DNA of 64,000 nt. Origin: an uncultured Planctomycetales bacterium (lineage in GTDB: Bacteria; Omnitrophota; Gorgyraeia; Zapsychrales; Fredricksoniimonadaceae). Made by a program: the position numbers and the translations under genes. Shown piece after piece: positions 8,724 through 18,183 of this stretch. The DNA lies in contig CAZOXU010000003.1 of the NCBI GenBank assembly GCA_964583975.1, positions 7,805 through 71,804 on the forward strand. Direction: 5' to 3'. The first letter of the stretch is position 1. Every line of letters starts with the position of its first letter. Under the pieces are notes generated by a model. It worked only from the letters and a program-made list of their open reading frames with translations. It made no database searches and was not told the DNA's origin.

Positions 8724-9182
8724 TTAATACAAAATTAGGGTGCAAATGATTCCAAATACAAAACCTGCCAGAACCTGTATGGGGGTGTGTCCCACTAGTT
8801 CTATAAGTCTTTTTTCTTGAAGATGCCCCATCCAAATGTCATCCATCATTTTATTAAGAATGGTAGCTTGTTGGCCAGCTGCTCGCCTGACTCCCTGCGC
8901 ATCAAACATAATGACAAGGGCAAACACAGAAGATATGGCGAACATAGCTCCATCAAATCCATCTTGTAACCCTACCGCTGTAGCCAAGGCTGTTACTCCA
9001 GCCGCATGACTCGAAGGCATTCCTCCTGTACCGATAAACCAACGAAAATTAAACTTCTTCTCCCTAATAACCCCCAAAATAACCTTGGTTGATTGAGCAA
9101 ATATCCAAACCAGCAGGGTTATGAAGAATATACGATTATGTAGGAATTCTCTGGCAAAGGAATGTGTTGTCTGCAGTTCCAT
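8724..9182 (-). CDS. divergent PAP2-family membrane protein (DUF212/YuiD-like)
   Basis: 152 aa, multi-TM. GGMPSSHAA phosphatase motif 2. Confidence 0.6.
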   Translation of the reverse strand: MELQTTHSFAREFLHNRIFFITLLVWIFAQSTKVILGVIREKKFNFRWFIGTGGMPSSHAAGVTALATAVGLQDGFDGAMFAISSVFALVIMFDAQGVRRAAGQQATILNKMMDDIWMGHLQEKRLIELVGHTPIQVLAGFVFGIICTLILY

Positions 9183-9383
9183 TAGTGCAATCTAATAAAA
9201 TATGACCCTTTCGCTTACGCTTCAGGGTTAACACTGAGTTTATTCGAAAATGTTGACGATAATACCTTAATTTGTTAGCCTGTATTATATCTTTGCTCCC
9301 CCAAAAAGCAAGGATTGGTTTCTTCAAGCTCCCCCCTTGTAATCCTAAAATTATCTAACTCCCCGTAAAATCTGAGGTTACGT

Positions 9384-10895
9384 ATGCTTGCCAAATCTTT
9401 TAGTTTTGCCCTGGCCGGGCTCGAGGCCTACTGCGTTACCATTGAAACCGACATAACCGATGGTCTTCCCCTAGTAACCATCGTTGGCCTGCCTGATAAT
9501 GCAGTCCGAGAAAGCCGCGAGCGAGTCAGGCTGGCCATTAAAAACAGCTCCTTGGGCTTTCCATCAGGACACCTAACCATCAATCTTGCCCCAGCTGATA
9601 TTAAAAAAGAAGGTCCGTCGTTTGATGTGGCCATTGCCTTAAGCGTGCTAGCCAGCAATGAACAAATCTCCTATGAATCCTTACGCCATTACGTTTTTTT
9701 AGGTGAGCTAGCACTCGATGGCAGCATCCGACCTATCAACGGAGCCCTTCCTATTGCCTTGGCCTGTGATCCTAAAGTATTTAAAGGTCTGATCGTTCCT
9801 GCAGCCAATGCCAAGGAAGCAGCCCTGGCTAATACGGTTAATATCTATGCTGCTAATTACCTTAAAGAAATTGTCCATTTTCTTTCTAACCCAGAGAGTA
9901 TAAAGCCAACCCCCTGCGAAGGAATAAATCTGCTTAATGAAAAAAGACGCTATCCCTTGGACTTTGCTGATGTCAAAGGCCAAATCCATGTCAAACGCGG
10001 TCTCGAAATTGCCGCGGCAGGCGGACACAACGTGCTAATGATCGGGCCACCAGGAAGCGGCAAAACCATGTTAGCCAAGCGCGTGCCCTCCATCTTACCT
10101 GATATGACCTTAAGTGAGGCCCTGGACATTACCAAGATCTATTCGGTGATGGGGCTTAACACCAAAGGCATTGTCACGGCTCGACCTTTTCGCTCGCCTC
10201 ATCACACAGCCTCGGATATTGCCTTGATTGGTGGCGGTTCAAACCCCAAACCCGGTGAAGTCAGCCTAGCCCATAACGGTGTTTTGTTTCTTGATGAATT
10301 AGGTGAATTCTCCAGGCATGTGCTGGAAGTTCTTCGCCAGCCCTTGGAAGATCATTGGGTAACCGTCTCCCGAGCCAGTCGAACGCTTCGCTTTCCAGCC
10401 GGCTTCATGCTGATTGCCGCAATGAACCCGTGTTTTTGTGGGTGGCTCATGAGCTCCCAGAGACGATGTCAATGCTCGCCAAACGATATCCAAAAATATC
10501 TCGCCAAAATTTCTGGCCCCATGCTTGATCGCATTGACCTACATCTACAAGTGCCAGGCCTTAAAACGCATGAGATGCTCCATGCTCCTTTAACTGAAAG
10601 TTCTAGTGAGATTAAACAACGGACAGCTAAGGCACGAAAGTTACAACAACGGCGTTTTAACAACACTAACGCCCACATGAATTCCGAACAATTAAAACAA
10701 TATTGTGCGCTTGATGAAGCTGCTCGCGAGCTCCTTAAAAAAGCGATTGATACGCTAGGTCTTTCGGCCCGCGCCCACGATAAGATTCTAAGAGTGGCTC
10801 GAACAATTGCGGATTTAGCAGACAGAGAAAACATCCAGCCCGAACATATTGCAGAGGCGATCAGCTATCGGGCGTTGGATAGGATACATCAATGA
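9384..10895 (+). CDS. comM: YifB/ComM family Mg-chelatase-like AAA+ ATPase
   Basis: 503 aa. N-terminal Lon-like domain. Walker A GPPGSGKT. C-terminal helical domain. Confidence 0.85.
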   Translation: MLAKSFSFALAGLEAYCVTIETDITDGLPLVTIVGLPDNAVRESRERVRLAIKNSSLGFPSGHLTINLAPADIKKEGPSFDVAIALSVLASNEQISYESLRHYVFLGELALDGSIRPINGALPIALACDPKVFKGLIVPAANAKEAALANTVNIYAANYLKEIVHFLSNPESIKPTPCEGINLLNEKRRYPLDFADVKGQIHVKRGLEIAAAGGHNVLMIGPPGSGKTMLAKRVPSILPDMTLSEALDITKIYSVMGLNTKGIVTARPFRSPHHTASDIALIGGGSNPKPGEVSLAHNGVLFLDELGEFSRHVLEVLRQPLEDHWVTVSRASRTLRFPAGFMLIAAMNPCFCGWLMSSQRRCQCSPNDIQKYLAKISGPMLDRIDLHLQVPGLKTHEMLHAPLTESSSEIKQRTAKARKLQQRRFNNTNAHMNSEQLKQYCALDEAARELLKKAIDTLGLSARAHDKILRVARTIADLADRENIQPEHIAEAISYRALDRIHQ

Positions 10896-11353
10896 GAAAA
10901 CCTTCTCGGAAGAATTTAAGATTGAAAAATTGGGATTATTCTTCGGCAGGATATTATTTTGTAACCATATGCACACAAAATCGTTTTCCATATTTAAAAA
11001 ATCCTGACATAAACAATATACTCCATCAAACGTGGTGTGAATTAAAACAGAAATATGACAATATTGTGTTGGATGAATTTATCATCCTGCCCAATCATAT
11101 TCATGGAATCATTATCATCGTAGGGGCGGACCTATGTGTCCGCCCACAATTAGGGTCGACCCCTACGTTGGGCGAAATGATCCGTTGGTTCAAAACAATG
11201 ACCACAAATTATTTTATTCACGGGGTAAATAAATCTGGATGGAAACCATTCTTGGGTAGATTATGGCAACGCAATTATTACGAACATATCATCCGTAATG
11301 AACGATCTCTTTACGACATGCGACGATATATCACACATAATCATATGGAATAA
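10892..11353 (+). CDS. REP-associated tyrosine transposase (RAYT; IS200/IS605-like Y1 HUH transposase)
   Basis: 153 aa. HUH motif LPNHIHGII. Catalytic Tyr region WQRNYYEHIIRN. ATG overlaps comM stop (ATGA). Confidence 0.7.
   Translation: MRKPSRKNLRLKNWDYSSAGYYFVTICTQNRFPYLKNPDINNILHQTWCELKQKYDNIVLDEFIILPNHIHGIIIIVGADLCVRPQLGSTPTLGEMIRWFKTMTTNYFIHGVNKSGWKPFLGRLWQRNYYEHIIRNERSLYDMRRYITHNHME
11120..11166. repeat. REP-like palindrome GTAGGGGCGGAC..GTCCGCCC..GGGTCGACCCCTAC embedded in-frame in the RAYT gene
   Basis: Perfect outer inverted repeat GTAGGGG/CCCCTAC and inner GGGCGGAC/GTCCGCCC. Encodes VGADLCVRPQLGSTPT, inserted between the HUH motif and the downstream conserved helix. Confidence 0.6.
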
Positions 11354-11368
11354 TTACCGTTGAAACAA

Positions 11369-11404
11369 AAAAGAGGTTATCGGTATTAGCGATAACCTCT
11401 TTTT
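11369..11404. terminator. bidirectional intrinsic terminator hairpin (AAGAGGTTATCG-GTATTAG-CGATAACCTCTT + T-run)
   Basis: 12-bp perfect stem flanked by A-run and T-run, between convergent genes (RAYT on plus, coiled-coil gene on minus). Confidence 0.7.
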
Positions 11405-11419
11405 AATTATAACCGTCTT

Positions 11420-14392
11420 CTACGAAGCGTTTTGAAGAGATTGGATCTTTTGTGTTAAATCTTGGACTTTTTTATTAAGAACCGTGATTTGCTTGCTCAG
11501 TTCTTGGGCTTGATCATTTTTATTCTTGGCTGCATCGCGGGCTTGTTCTACTTCTTTTCTAGCATCAGCCAGTTGTTGCTTTAAATCTTCTAAATTTCTC
11601 TGGTCTTTTTGAGCTGGCGTTAAGGCAACAGGCTTATTTTTTTCTTCTAACTGCATCTTAAGCCGGGCAATCTGCTTATCCTTGTAATAAATATCTTCCA
11701 TCAATTTTTCTATTTTAGCTTGGGTCTCTTTTAATTCTTTTTGGCGCACGCTATTGGTTAATTTATCTTGTTTCAACTGTTCAATTTGTTCATTGCTTTG
11801 CTTAAGGGAAGACTTTAATTCCTCAACTTCCTTAGTCGCTGACTTTACAAAAAGCTTGGTCTGTTCTACCTCAGACTGATCTACTGAATTCTTTAAACGT
11901 GTTTCTGCAACGGTCAACTTTTCTTGCAACTCTTCTAAACGCTTAGTTTGCTTGGTTAACTCTTCTTGGCTCACCGAATTCTTTAATTTTTGCTGAGCTG
12001 CTGCAAGTTTGTCACCAATCTCACTGAGTTCTGCTTTTTTATTGTCTAATGAAGCATTCAATAACGCCAACTGCTGATTCTTATCGCGTAATTCTTGAGT
12101 TTTTTCTGAAGATTTCTTCTCTAGTTCAAAGAAGAAAGCTTGTACCTTCTTTAAATCTTTGGTTTTTTGATCAATATCATCTTGGGCGGTCTGCAAATCA
12201 CCTTGCAACTTATTGATTTCCAAAACTCTGTCCTTGATTTGCACGTCTTTATCATCCATTTTTTGTTGATAAACATCTAACATGCTCTCTAACTGAGTCG
12301 CCTTGTCTCGGCTTTCTTGTAATTGTTTTTGCAAGCTTTCAACTTCTCCCTGCTTGTTGCCAACTTCCTTTTTAAAATTCTCCAGCTGACTATCATTTTT
12401 ACTGTTTAAATCTTGCCAATACACAACCGTCTTTTGCAATTCGTTTCGATAACGATCTGTATTATCTCGGTGCTTGATAGCTAATTGCAGCAGCAAATCG
12501 CATTTCTCAGCAGCTAAATCTTCTAAAATGCGATACTTAGATAGTAATTGATCTTCTAATTCCCCGCGTTCTTTCAGGCGTTGATATTCACTGACAATGC
12601 CTTTTAGATTTTCAATTTGTGCAGATAGACCTTTAATATTCTCCTGAAGATGTTTAACCATCCCCATATAGCTAGACTTGTCTTGCACATCTTTTTGTAG
12701 TTTAGATATCTGTGTATCTTTCTCTTGCAGATCTTTATCTTTAGCAGCCATTTGTCCTGTTAAGGATTTAATGGTCATTTGCTGCTTCTTATTTTGCTCT
12801 TGATATTCTTTTAAATCTGCTTGGGCTTGTTGCAATTGCTGTTTTAATTCGACAATGTTGCCCTTAATCCGGGTAAGATCTTCTAAATCTTTAAGCGCAG
12901 GTCTTTCTTGAAGTTGTTTTTGTAAGTCAACAACCATAGTGCCTTTTTCCTGCAAATCTTTTTCCTGAGAAGTTATTTGAGCGCTCAGGGCTTTAATGGT
13001 TGCTGTTTGCTTCTTAATATGCTCTTGATATTCCTTAAGATCTTCTTGTGAGTTTTGCAATTGATATGTTAAGGCTGCAATATCGCCTTTGACCTTAATT
13101 AAATCATTTTCTTGTGCATCCACATCTGCCGCGCGTCTTTTAGCAGCAGCTAACTGTCCTTTAAGATCAACGATCTTTTCACGAATCTGATCAAATCCCT
13201 GATTATAGTTGTCATAATTAGCACGCAGGTCTGTAACTTTCTGTCGGGTTTGAGTAATATCTTCATTAAGCACATTCATTAACTGTTGTTGGTTGACAAG
13301 TTCTTTTTCTTTGCCGGCAATCGCCTTGTCTTTTTCTTCAATTTGTCGTTGGGCTACAGACAATTGATCTTGGGCAGCTGCCAAATCTTTTTTAATTTGG
13401 ACCACATTGGCTGGCTCGGGTTGATTGGCTAATTGCTCATCTTTCTGGGCAATGATCTTGTCTTTATCAGCGATTTGCTTTTGTGCTTGCTGTAATTGTT
13501 CACGGGCAGCAGCTAAATCCCCTTTATACTGGGCGATCATCTGGTCTTTTTCGAGTAACAACTTTTCTAGCTCGCTAATTTTCTGGTCTTTTAAAGCTAA
13601 GGAAGCCTGATACTCACCAACACTTTTGATTTGAGCTTTTAAATTAGCAATGGTCTGTGCAACTTCTTCATTATCCGTATTTTTTGCGTTGTTATTTACG
13701 ACAGGTGCCGGCGATGCTTTGGATTGTTCGTAAAGCGCCTGTAATTTCTGCAATTGTTCCTTGGTATTGGCTAACTGTTCTTTATAGGAAGCAAGTTCTT
13801 GATACTTTTCTGAAAGAAATTTAATTTTAGAAACCAACTCTTCTTTTTGATTATCTAATCCTTCAACTAATTGCTGGGTCTGGGTGTTTGCAGTGGCTGG
13901 CAAATTCTTTAAACCTTCAACGTCCTTGGTTAACTTAATGACTTCATCAAATAAGTGTTCTAGCTTATCAATGCGAGCTCTTAAAAACGCTGTTTCTTCA
14001 TTACGGTGCATCATGCTGCGGTTACGTTCATCTAATTTTTGGCTATACTTCTCAAGTATTTCTTTTAGTTGGCTTAAGGTATTAACGGCAATGACCCAAT
14101 CGCCTGGTTTTCTCACCCCCGCATCGCGCACCACATTCTGCTGCATTCTTGAAATTGTTCCGATCAAAGCTGAATTTTCTTGGGCCAATTCACGAGCAAT
14201 AAGTTCTTCATCACGAAGGGTTCGTTCTTGATTAAGGGCATCTTTTTTTAACTGAACAACTTCATTATTTAACTCAAGAGCTCGCACATAAATCGGTGGA
14301 GCTTGGATAATCTCTGTAGCCGCCAAAACATTGGCAGGCACTGTATTTAACAAAAATAAAACTGATAGGGTACTATGAACAATTCTCTTCAT
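11420..14392 (-). CDS. secreted giant coiled-coil protein (990 aa)
   Basis: Signal peptide MKRIVHSTLSVLFLLNTVPANVLAA. Almost entirely heptad-like E/K/Q/L-rich sequence. Confidence 0.7.
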   Translation of the reverse strand: MKRIVHSTLSVLFLLNTVPANVLAATEIIQAPPIYVRALELNNEVVQLKKDALNQERTLRDEELIARELAQENSALIGTISRMQQNVVRDAGVRKPGDWVIAVNTLSQLKEILEKYSQKLDERNRSMMHRNEETAFLRARIDKLEHLFDEVIKLTKDVEGLKNLPATANTQTQQLVEGLDNQKEELVSKIKFLSEKYQELASYKEQLANTKEQLQKLQALYEQSKASPAPVVNNNAKNTDNEEVAQTIANLKAQIKSVGEYQASLALKDQKISELEKLLLEKDQMIAQYKGDLAAAREQLQQAQKQIADKDKIIAQKDEQLANQPEPANVVQIKKDLAAAQDQLSVAQRQIEEKDKAIAGKEKELVNQQQLMNVLNEDITQTRQKVTDLRANYDNYNQGFDQIREKIVDLKGQLAAAKRRAADVDAQENDLIKVKGDIAALTYQLQNSQEDLKEYQEHIKKQTATIKALSAQITSQEKDLQEKGTMVVDLQKQLQERPALKDLEDLTRIKGNIVELKQQLQQAQADLKEYQEQNKKQQMTIKSLTGQMAAKDKDLQEKDTQISKLQKDVQDKSSYMGMVKHLQENIKGLSAQIENLKGIVSEYQRLKERGELEDQLLSKYRILEDLAAEKCDLLLQLAIKHRDNTDRYRNELQKTVVYWQDLNSKNDSQLENFKKEVGNKQGEVESLQKQLQESRDKATQLESMLDVYQQKMDDKDVQIKDRVLEINKLQGDLQTAQDDIDQKTKDLKKVQAFFFELEKKSSEKTQELRDKNQQLALLNASLDNKKAELSEIGDKLAAAQQKLKNSVSQEELTKQTKRLEELQEKLTVAETRLKNSVDQSEVEQTKLFVKSATKEVEELKSSLKQSNEQIEQLKQDKLTNSVRQKELKETQAKIEKLMEDIYYKDKQIARLKMQLEEKNKPVALTPAQKDQRNLEDLKQQLADARKEVEQARDAAKNKNDQAQELSKQITVLNKKVQDLTQKIQSLQNAS

Positions 14393-14403
14393 GGGGATTA
14401 TCC

Positions 14404-14904
14404 TTATTGTGTGAGGTCTTTTTGTCCTTCGGCGATCTGACTCCTTAAGGCAGCTACTTGACTTTTAAGTTCACCAATGGATCGATCAGCTTCTTGAAGA
14501 TCATTTTTCAAATCTTCATTATTGTAGGTAGATTTAGTTACTTCTTGGGTTGCTTCTTTTTTAGGTTGTTCTACTATCTTCTTAACCACTCCCTTTGGGG
14601 TTACCATAATCGGTGCTGAAGCAATCACAGGATTAGTAGGCATAGGTGGAATCACAATTTGCTGTCCCTTGGCATTCAATTTCTTAGCATAGCTTCTGGC
14701 TGCGGAATTGGCTGGATCCATGGCTAGTATTCTCGAGAATATGGTAGCAGCTTGGGCGTAATCACCTCGATCATACACTGCCTGAGCATACTGGTAAAGT
14801 TGGGTGACTGCCAAGGATCGCATCGAACCTTGGTCTTGAGCAGCATTAACTGTAAAAGGAATTAATAAAAGGATAAGGACGATGATGGGAAATATTTTTT
14901 TCAT
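14404..14904 (-). CDS. secreted TPR-like / coiled-coil protein (166 aa)
   Basis: Signal peptide MKKIFPIIVLILLLIPFTVNA. TPR-like YAQAVYDRGDYAQAATIFSRILAMDP. 11 nt upstream of the coiled-coil gene (probable operon). Confidence 0.6.
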   Translation of the reverse strand: MKKIFPIIVLILLLIPFTVNAAQDQGSMRSLAVTQLYQYAQAVYDRGDYAQAATIFSRILAMDPANSAARSYAKKLNAKGQQIVIPPMPTNPVIASAPIMVTPKGVVKKIVEQPKKEATQEVTKSTYNNEDLKNDLQEADRSIGELKSQVAALRSQIAEGQKDLTQ

Positions 14905-15012
14905 AATTATAAACCGTTGTAAATAAATAACTTATGTTATTCTTGGTTAATGAGAGTTAGTTGATGTTTTTATCAAACTTGAGGAAGTATAACATCCCTG
15001 ATAGCCAAATGC

Positions 15013-15060
15013 AAGTAGGGGCCCTGTGTGGTCTTCCACTATAAAGATAAGCCCTACGGC
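15013..15060. repeat. REP element (GTAGGGGCC...GCCCTAC)
   Basis: gtaggggccctgtgtggtcttccactataaagataagccctacgg. Same GTAGGGGC/GCCCTAC termini as the mutS-flanking REPs. Confidence 0.5.
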
Positions 15061-15064
15061 AGGA

Positions 15065-17839
15065 TTATTTTCTATTTTTATCTTTTGAAGTATCCACCTT
15101 CTCACTCATTTTCTTTTTAATCTTGGTAAAACTAACTGTGTTCGTCTTGGTGCTTTTTTGCACAATCTTTTCTGGAGACTTGATGGGTTGTGGTGAAGCA
15201 TTTTTAAGAGTACCCGTGCCAGGAGTAGTCGAACCAGAAGTAAAGCTTGCTCCAGAGCTTGATCCACCCGATTCTGGGCCAGGACCAGAGCCAGAACCAG
15301 AACCCGAGCCAGAACTTGAACCAGAACCCGAGCTAGAACTTGAACCAGAACCCGAGCCTGAGCCTCCCGAAGGATTGCTAATCACATAATTAAAGCTTTG
15401 CGGTGTTGTTCCTGCCCATGTCCTTATCTTAATATTGTAGGTGGTCGCAGGAGCATAATTGGGCGCATGTAAAACAATGCTCGTTGGAGAGACTGAGTGA
15501 ACATATAGCATGTCAAGGTTATATTGCCGGCCCATGTAAGTCAATAACACATTGTTCCAATTATTAGTATATTCACTTAAATTTCCCAAATTCACTCCTG
15601 TGATCGTGATATAAGCTTCGACACCTGCAACGCCTGTCGTAGAGCTTATACTTGTCAAAGATGGTAAATAAGCGGGGTCTTGATTAACCACAAGATTGAC
15701 TGCCGCACTTATTTGTCCACCTGGATTTTCAACAAAAACATTATATGTCCCAGCAAAAAACTGGGCTGGGAACATGAAATCTATTCGGCCAGGATTAACA
15801 AAAGTCACCTTATTACTATCAACATAAACTGAACCCACATTCGGCAAAGTAAGTTTTACCTTGGCTGCAGGATCTAAATTAGCACCCTCAATATGAATAG
15901 GGATTTCCTGAAGACCATTTTGAATATTATTAGGAACAAGACCATTGATGGTTGGTGGAGTACTGCCAGAAGAACTATACTCATACACACCCGCATCAGG
16001 CAAACCAACACGTGGGTTCCCCTTCAAATCAGTCGCAGGAGCCACAGCACTTAAACCCACATCAATATTGGGACTGGTAGGCATTGGAGCAAAGTTATAA
16101 AGCCAGCTCGTCATTCGATAGTTTATATTGAAATCTGCAAATTGCGGATCACCCAAGACATTGTTTCTAAATTGAGGTCGGTAGGATTGATTCTGCATAT
16201 CAGCTAAATCATATCCGTAAGCATTCGGACACCACGAGAACGTATGCGGACCGCTTGTAGCCCCCACCCCCGTATCATTACAGACTAACATGCCTGCTTG
16301 GTCATGTCCGACGGCATGAGAGTCTCGATAAAAAACATTATTTTCTATATGAAATTCTTGCAAATCATTAACAAATCCCAATCCATACCCAAAACGAATT
16401 GGATAATTACTTTGCGAGCGCATAATATTATTCTTTATTTCAAAATTTTCGTGAGAATAAGGAATTGGCAGTGCTTCTCCATGTTGAATATTGATAGCCG
16501 AATATTCCCCCCCGCCACCATTTTGCCCATTTGTCCCACTTAAACCCAAAAGAATATTATTAATGATCTTAATATTCTTAAGTGGCCGCTGCATAGACAT
16601 TCCATCTTCATTCCAAAAAGTAAGAGCATTTCTTCCAACGTTAAAGATTAAGTTGTTTTCAATAAGCATATCTTGAGTTCCATTTTTAACCTCAATGCCT
16701 TCCCAGGCAGTTCCCCAAATCATATTTCCCTTGATAATAACATTTGTGCCATCGCGCAAATGAATACCGTGACCTCCTTCGTGACCACAATAATTTAATC
16801 TGCTATTTTCAACTTTAAAATATGTGTCGGTGGCATTTAAAGGATGACCAAAGGCAGGGTACATATTTCCATTTTTATATAAACAATGCTCGTAGCCTGT
16901 GTCATGAATAGTAATATTATCTAATGTAACGTAATGACGTTGATATCCCCCTGTCCAAAACATGCCCCATCTGTCACCATTTCTAAATTCACTGTTTTTT
17001 ATGGTGACATGAGAAAAATTATCCCCCATTAATGCCACCCGATAAACCAAATGCTGCGAATCATACCTGCCATCAAATTCAAAACCATCAATAATGACAT
17101 GTTGTGTGGTGGGTGTAATACCAAATATATTATCTACGTTTGCTAATCCTGGCTTAAAAATGACCCGCTTGCCTGGTTCATTCATAATAACAATGGGCCT
17201 CTCTTGTGTTCCCTGATAACCTACCGAATAAGTTCCAACTCCTGGTGCCCAACCGTAATGAGAAAGAGTATTTAATCCCCCAGAAGTGTTTGTAACAAAA
17301 TATGTCCCTTCCAGATAAACTATAACATCTCCTGGTAACACGACAGCAGGCCCATAATAGGGTGTAGGAACGCTATTTAAATATGGCAGGTTAATATTAT
17401 TTGGTTGTGCCGTGCTATTATTCCCATTGGGTGAAACAAAGAAAACATTACCGATTTCATGGGTATAACCAATATCATGCAAATAATTTTTAAAATTCTG
17501 AATGTTGGTAAATGAACCATAGCGAGCAGTTACTGAAGCCGGTGTATTAATAGTCGAATCATTATCATTAGCATCAGGAGCCATGTGCTCGGGATTAGGA
17601 TTGACATTGAAAAGCGGAGTAATCACACTCCCATCTCGATTACCTGTGCTGATATATCCATCGCCATCATTATCTGTATTAAAAACATCGGTATGCCCTT
17701 TTCCTAAATAGGGGAATTGCGTAGCGAAAGCCTTCTTAGCCCCACCCATACTTAAAAGAAGTGCAGCTAAAATGATCAGTAGATATATTTTTATATTGGT
17801 ATTATTTTGGATATGAAATATTGCCATAGTTCTGTACAT
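15065..17839 (-). CDS. secreted right-handed parallel beta-helix repeat protein with C-terminal Gly/Ser linker and Lys-rich tail
   Basis: 924 aa. N-terminal signal/TM. Many NxxxG/asparagine-ladder beta-helix repeats (NNLIFNVGRNALTFWNEDG...IINNILLG). 60-aa SG(S/G)n linker. KKxK tail. Confidence 0.7.
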   Translation of the reverse strand: MYRTMAIFHIQNNTNIKIYLLIILAALLLSMGGAKKAFATQFPYLGKGHTDVFNTDNDGDGYISTGNRDGSVITPLFNVNPNPEHMAPDANDNDSTINTPASVTARYGSFTNIQNFKNYLHDIGYTHEIGNVFFVSPNGNNSTAQPNNINLPYLNSVPTPYYGPAVVLPGDVIVYLEGTYFVTNTSGGLNTLSHYGWAPGVGTYSVGYQGTQERPIVIMNEPGKRVIFKPGLANVDNIFGITPTTQHVIIDGFEFDGRYDSQHLVYRVALMGDNFSHVTIKNSEFRNGDRWGMFWTGGYQRHYVTLDNITIHDTGYEHCLYKNGNMYPAFGHPLNATDTYFKVENSRLNYCGHEGGHGIHLRDGTNVIIKGNMIWGTAWEGIEVKNGTQDMLIENNLIFNVGRNALTFWNEDGMSMQRPLKNIKIINNILLGLSGTNGQNGGGGEYSAINIQHGEALPIPYSHENFEIKNNIMRSQSNYPIRFGYGLGFVNDLQEFHIENNVFYRDSHAVGHDQAGMLVCNDTGVGATSGPHTFSWCPNAYGYDLADMQNQSYRPQFRNNVLGDPQFADFNINYRMTSWLYNFAPMPTSPNIDVGLSAVAPATDLKGNPRVGLPDAGVYEYSSSGSTPPTINGLVPNNIQNGLQEIPIHIEGANLDPAAKVKLTLPNVGSVYVDSNKVTFVNPGRIDFMFPAQFFAGTYNVFVENPGGQISAAVNLVVNQDPAYLPSLTSISSTTGVAGVEAYITITGVNLGNLSEYTNNWNNVLLTYMGRQYNLDMLYVHSVSPTSIVLHAPNYAPATTYNIKIRTWAGTTPQSFNYVISNPSGGSGSGSGSSSSSGSGSSSGSGSGSGSGPGPESGGSSSGASFTSGSTTPGTGTLKNASPQPIKSPEKIVQKSTKTNTVSFTKIKKKMSEKVDTSKDKNRK
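15255..15370. repeat. GGYTCNGAR-type simple repeat encoding (SGSG)n linker
   Basis: ccagaacccgagccagaacttgaaccagaa... repeated units. Antisense reads PEPEPE. Confidence 0.7.
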
Positions 17840-18072
17840 ATTTTTGCCTCCTAAAACCTTTTTAATTCAAGACGACTCTAGTTCAAATATATCATCTCAA
17901 GGAGTGAATAACAAGGCTTTGAACCCCCAACTGAGAAAACGCTTCCTGATAGATAAAATATATGTAATATGCTCATATTAAATAAGTTATAGAAAGTACT
18001 AAAATATCTGAAATGTTAAATTCATATAAAGATTTAATTTATCGAGAAAATGATCCGTTCTTTTTCTTGCAT

Positions 18073-18135
18073 GTAGGGGCCGGCCTCTGTGCCTGCCCTT
18101 TTGATTATTGGGCAACCACGGAGGGTTGCCCCTAC
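18073..18135. repeat. REP doublet (REPIN-like): GTAGGGGCCGGCCTCTGTGCCTGCCC - spacer - GGGCAACCACGGAGGGTTGCCCCTAC
   Basis: Two REP units in inverted orientation upstream of mutS. Confidence 0.65.
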
Positions 18136-18183
18136 ATTTTTCTAATTTACCTAAATTAATTTCTATGTTATAAAGATGCGCTT

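Noticed and set aside
9136-9327. 63-aa minus-strand ORF upstream of the PAP2-like gene
   Set aside because: Overlaps the 5' end of the PAP2-like gene. Basic low-complexity translation with no supporting signal.
15123-15389. Plus-strand ORF translating to PEPEPEPE...
   Set aside because: It is the antisense of the Gly/Ser-linker repeat in the beta-helix gene.
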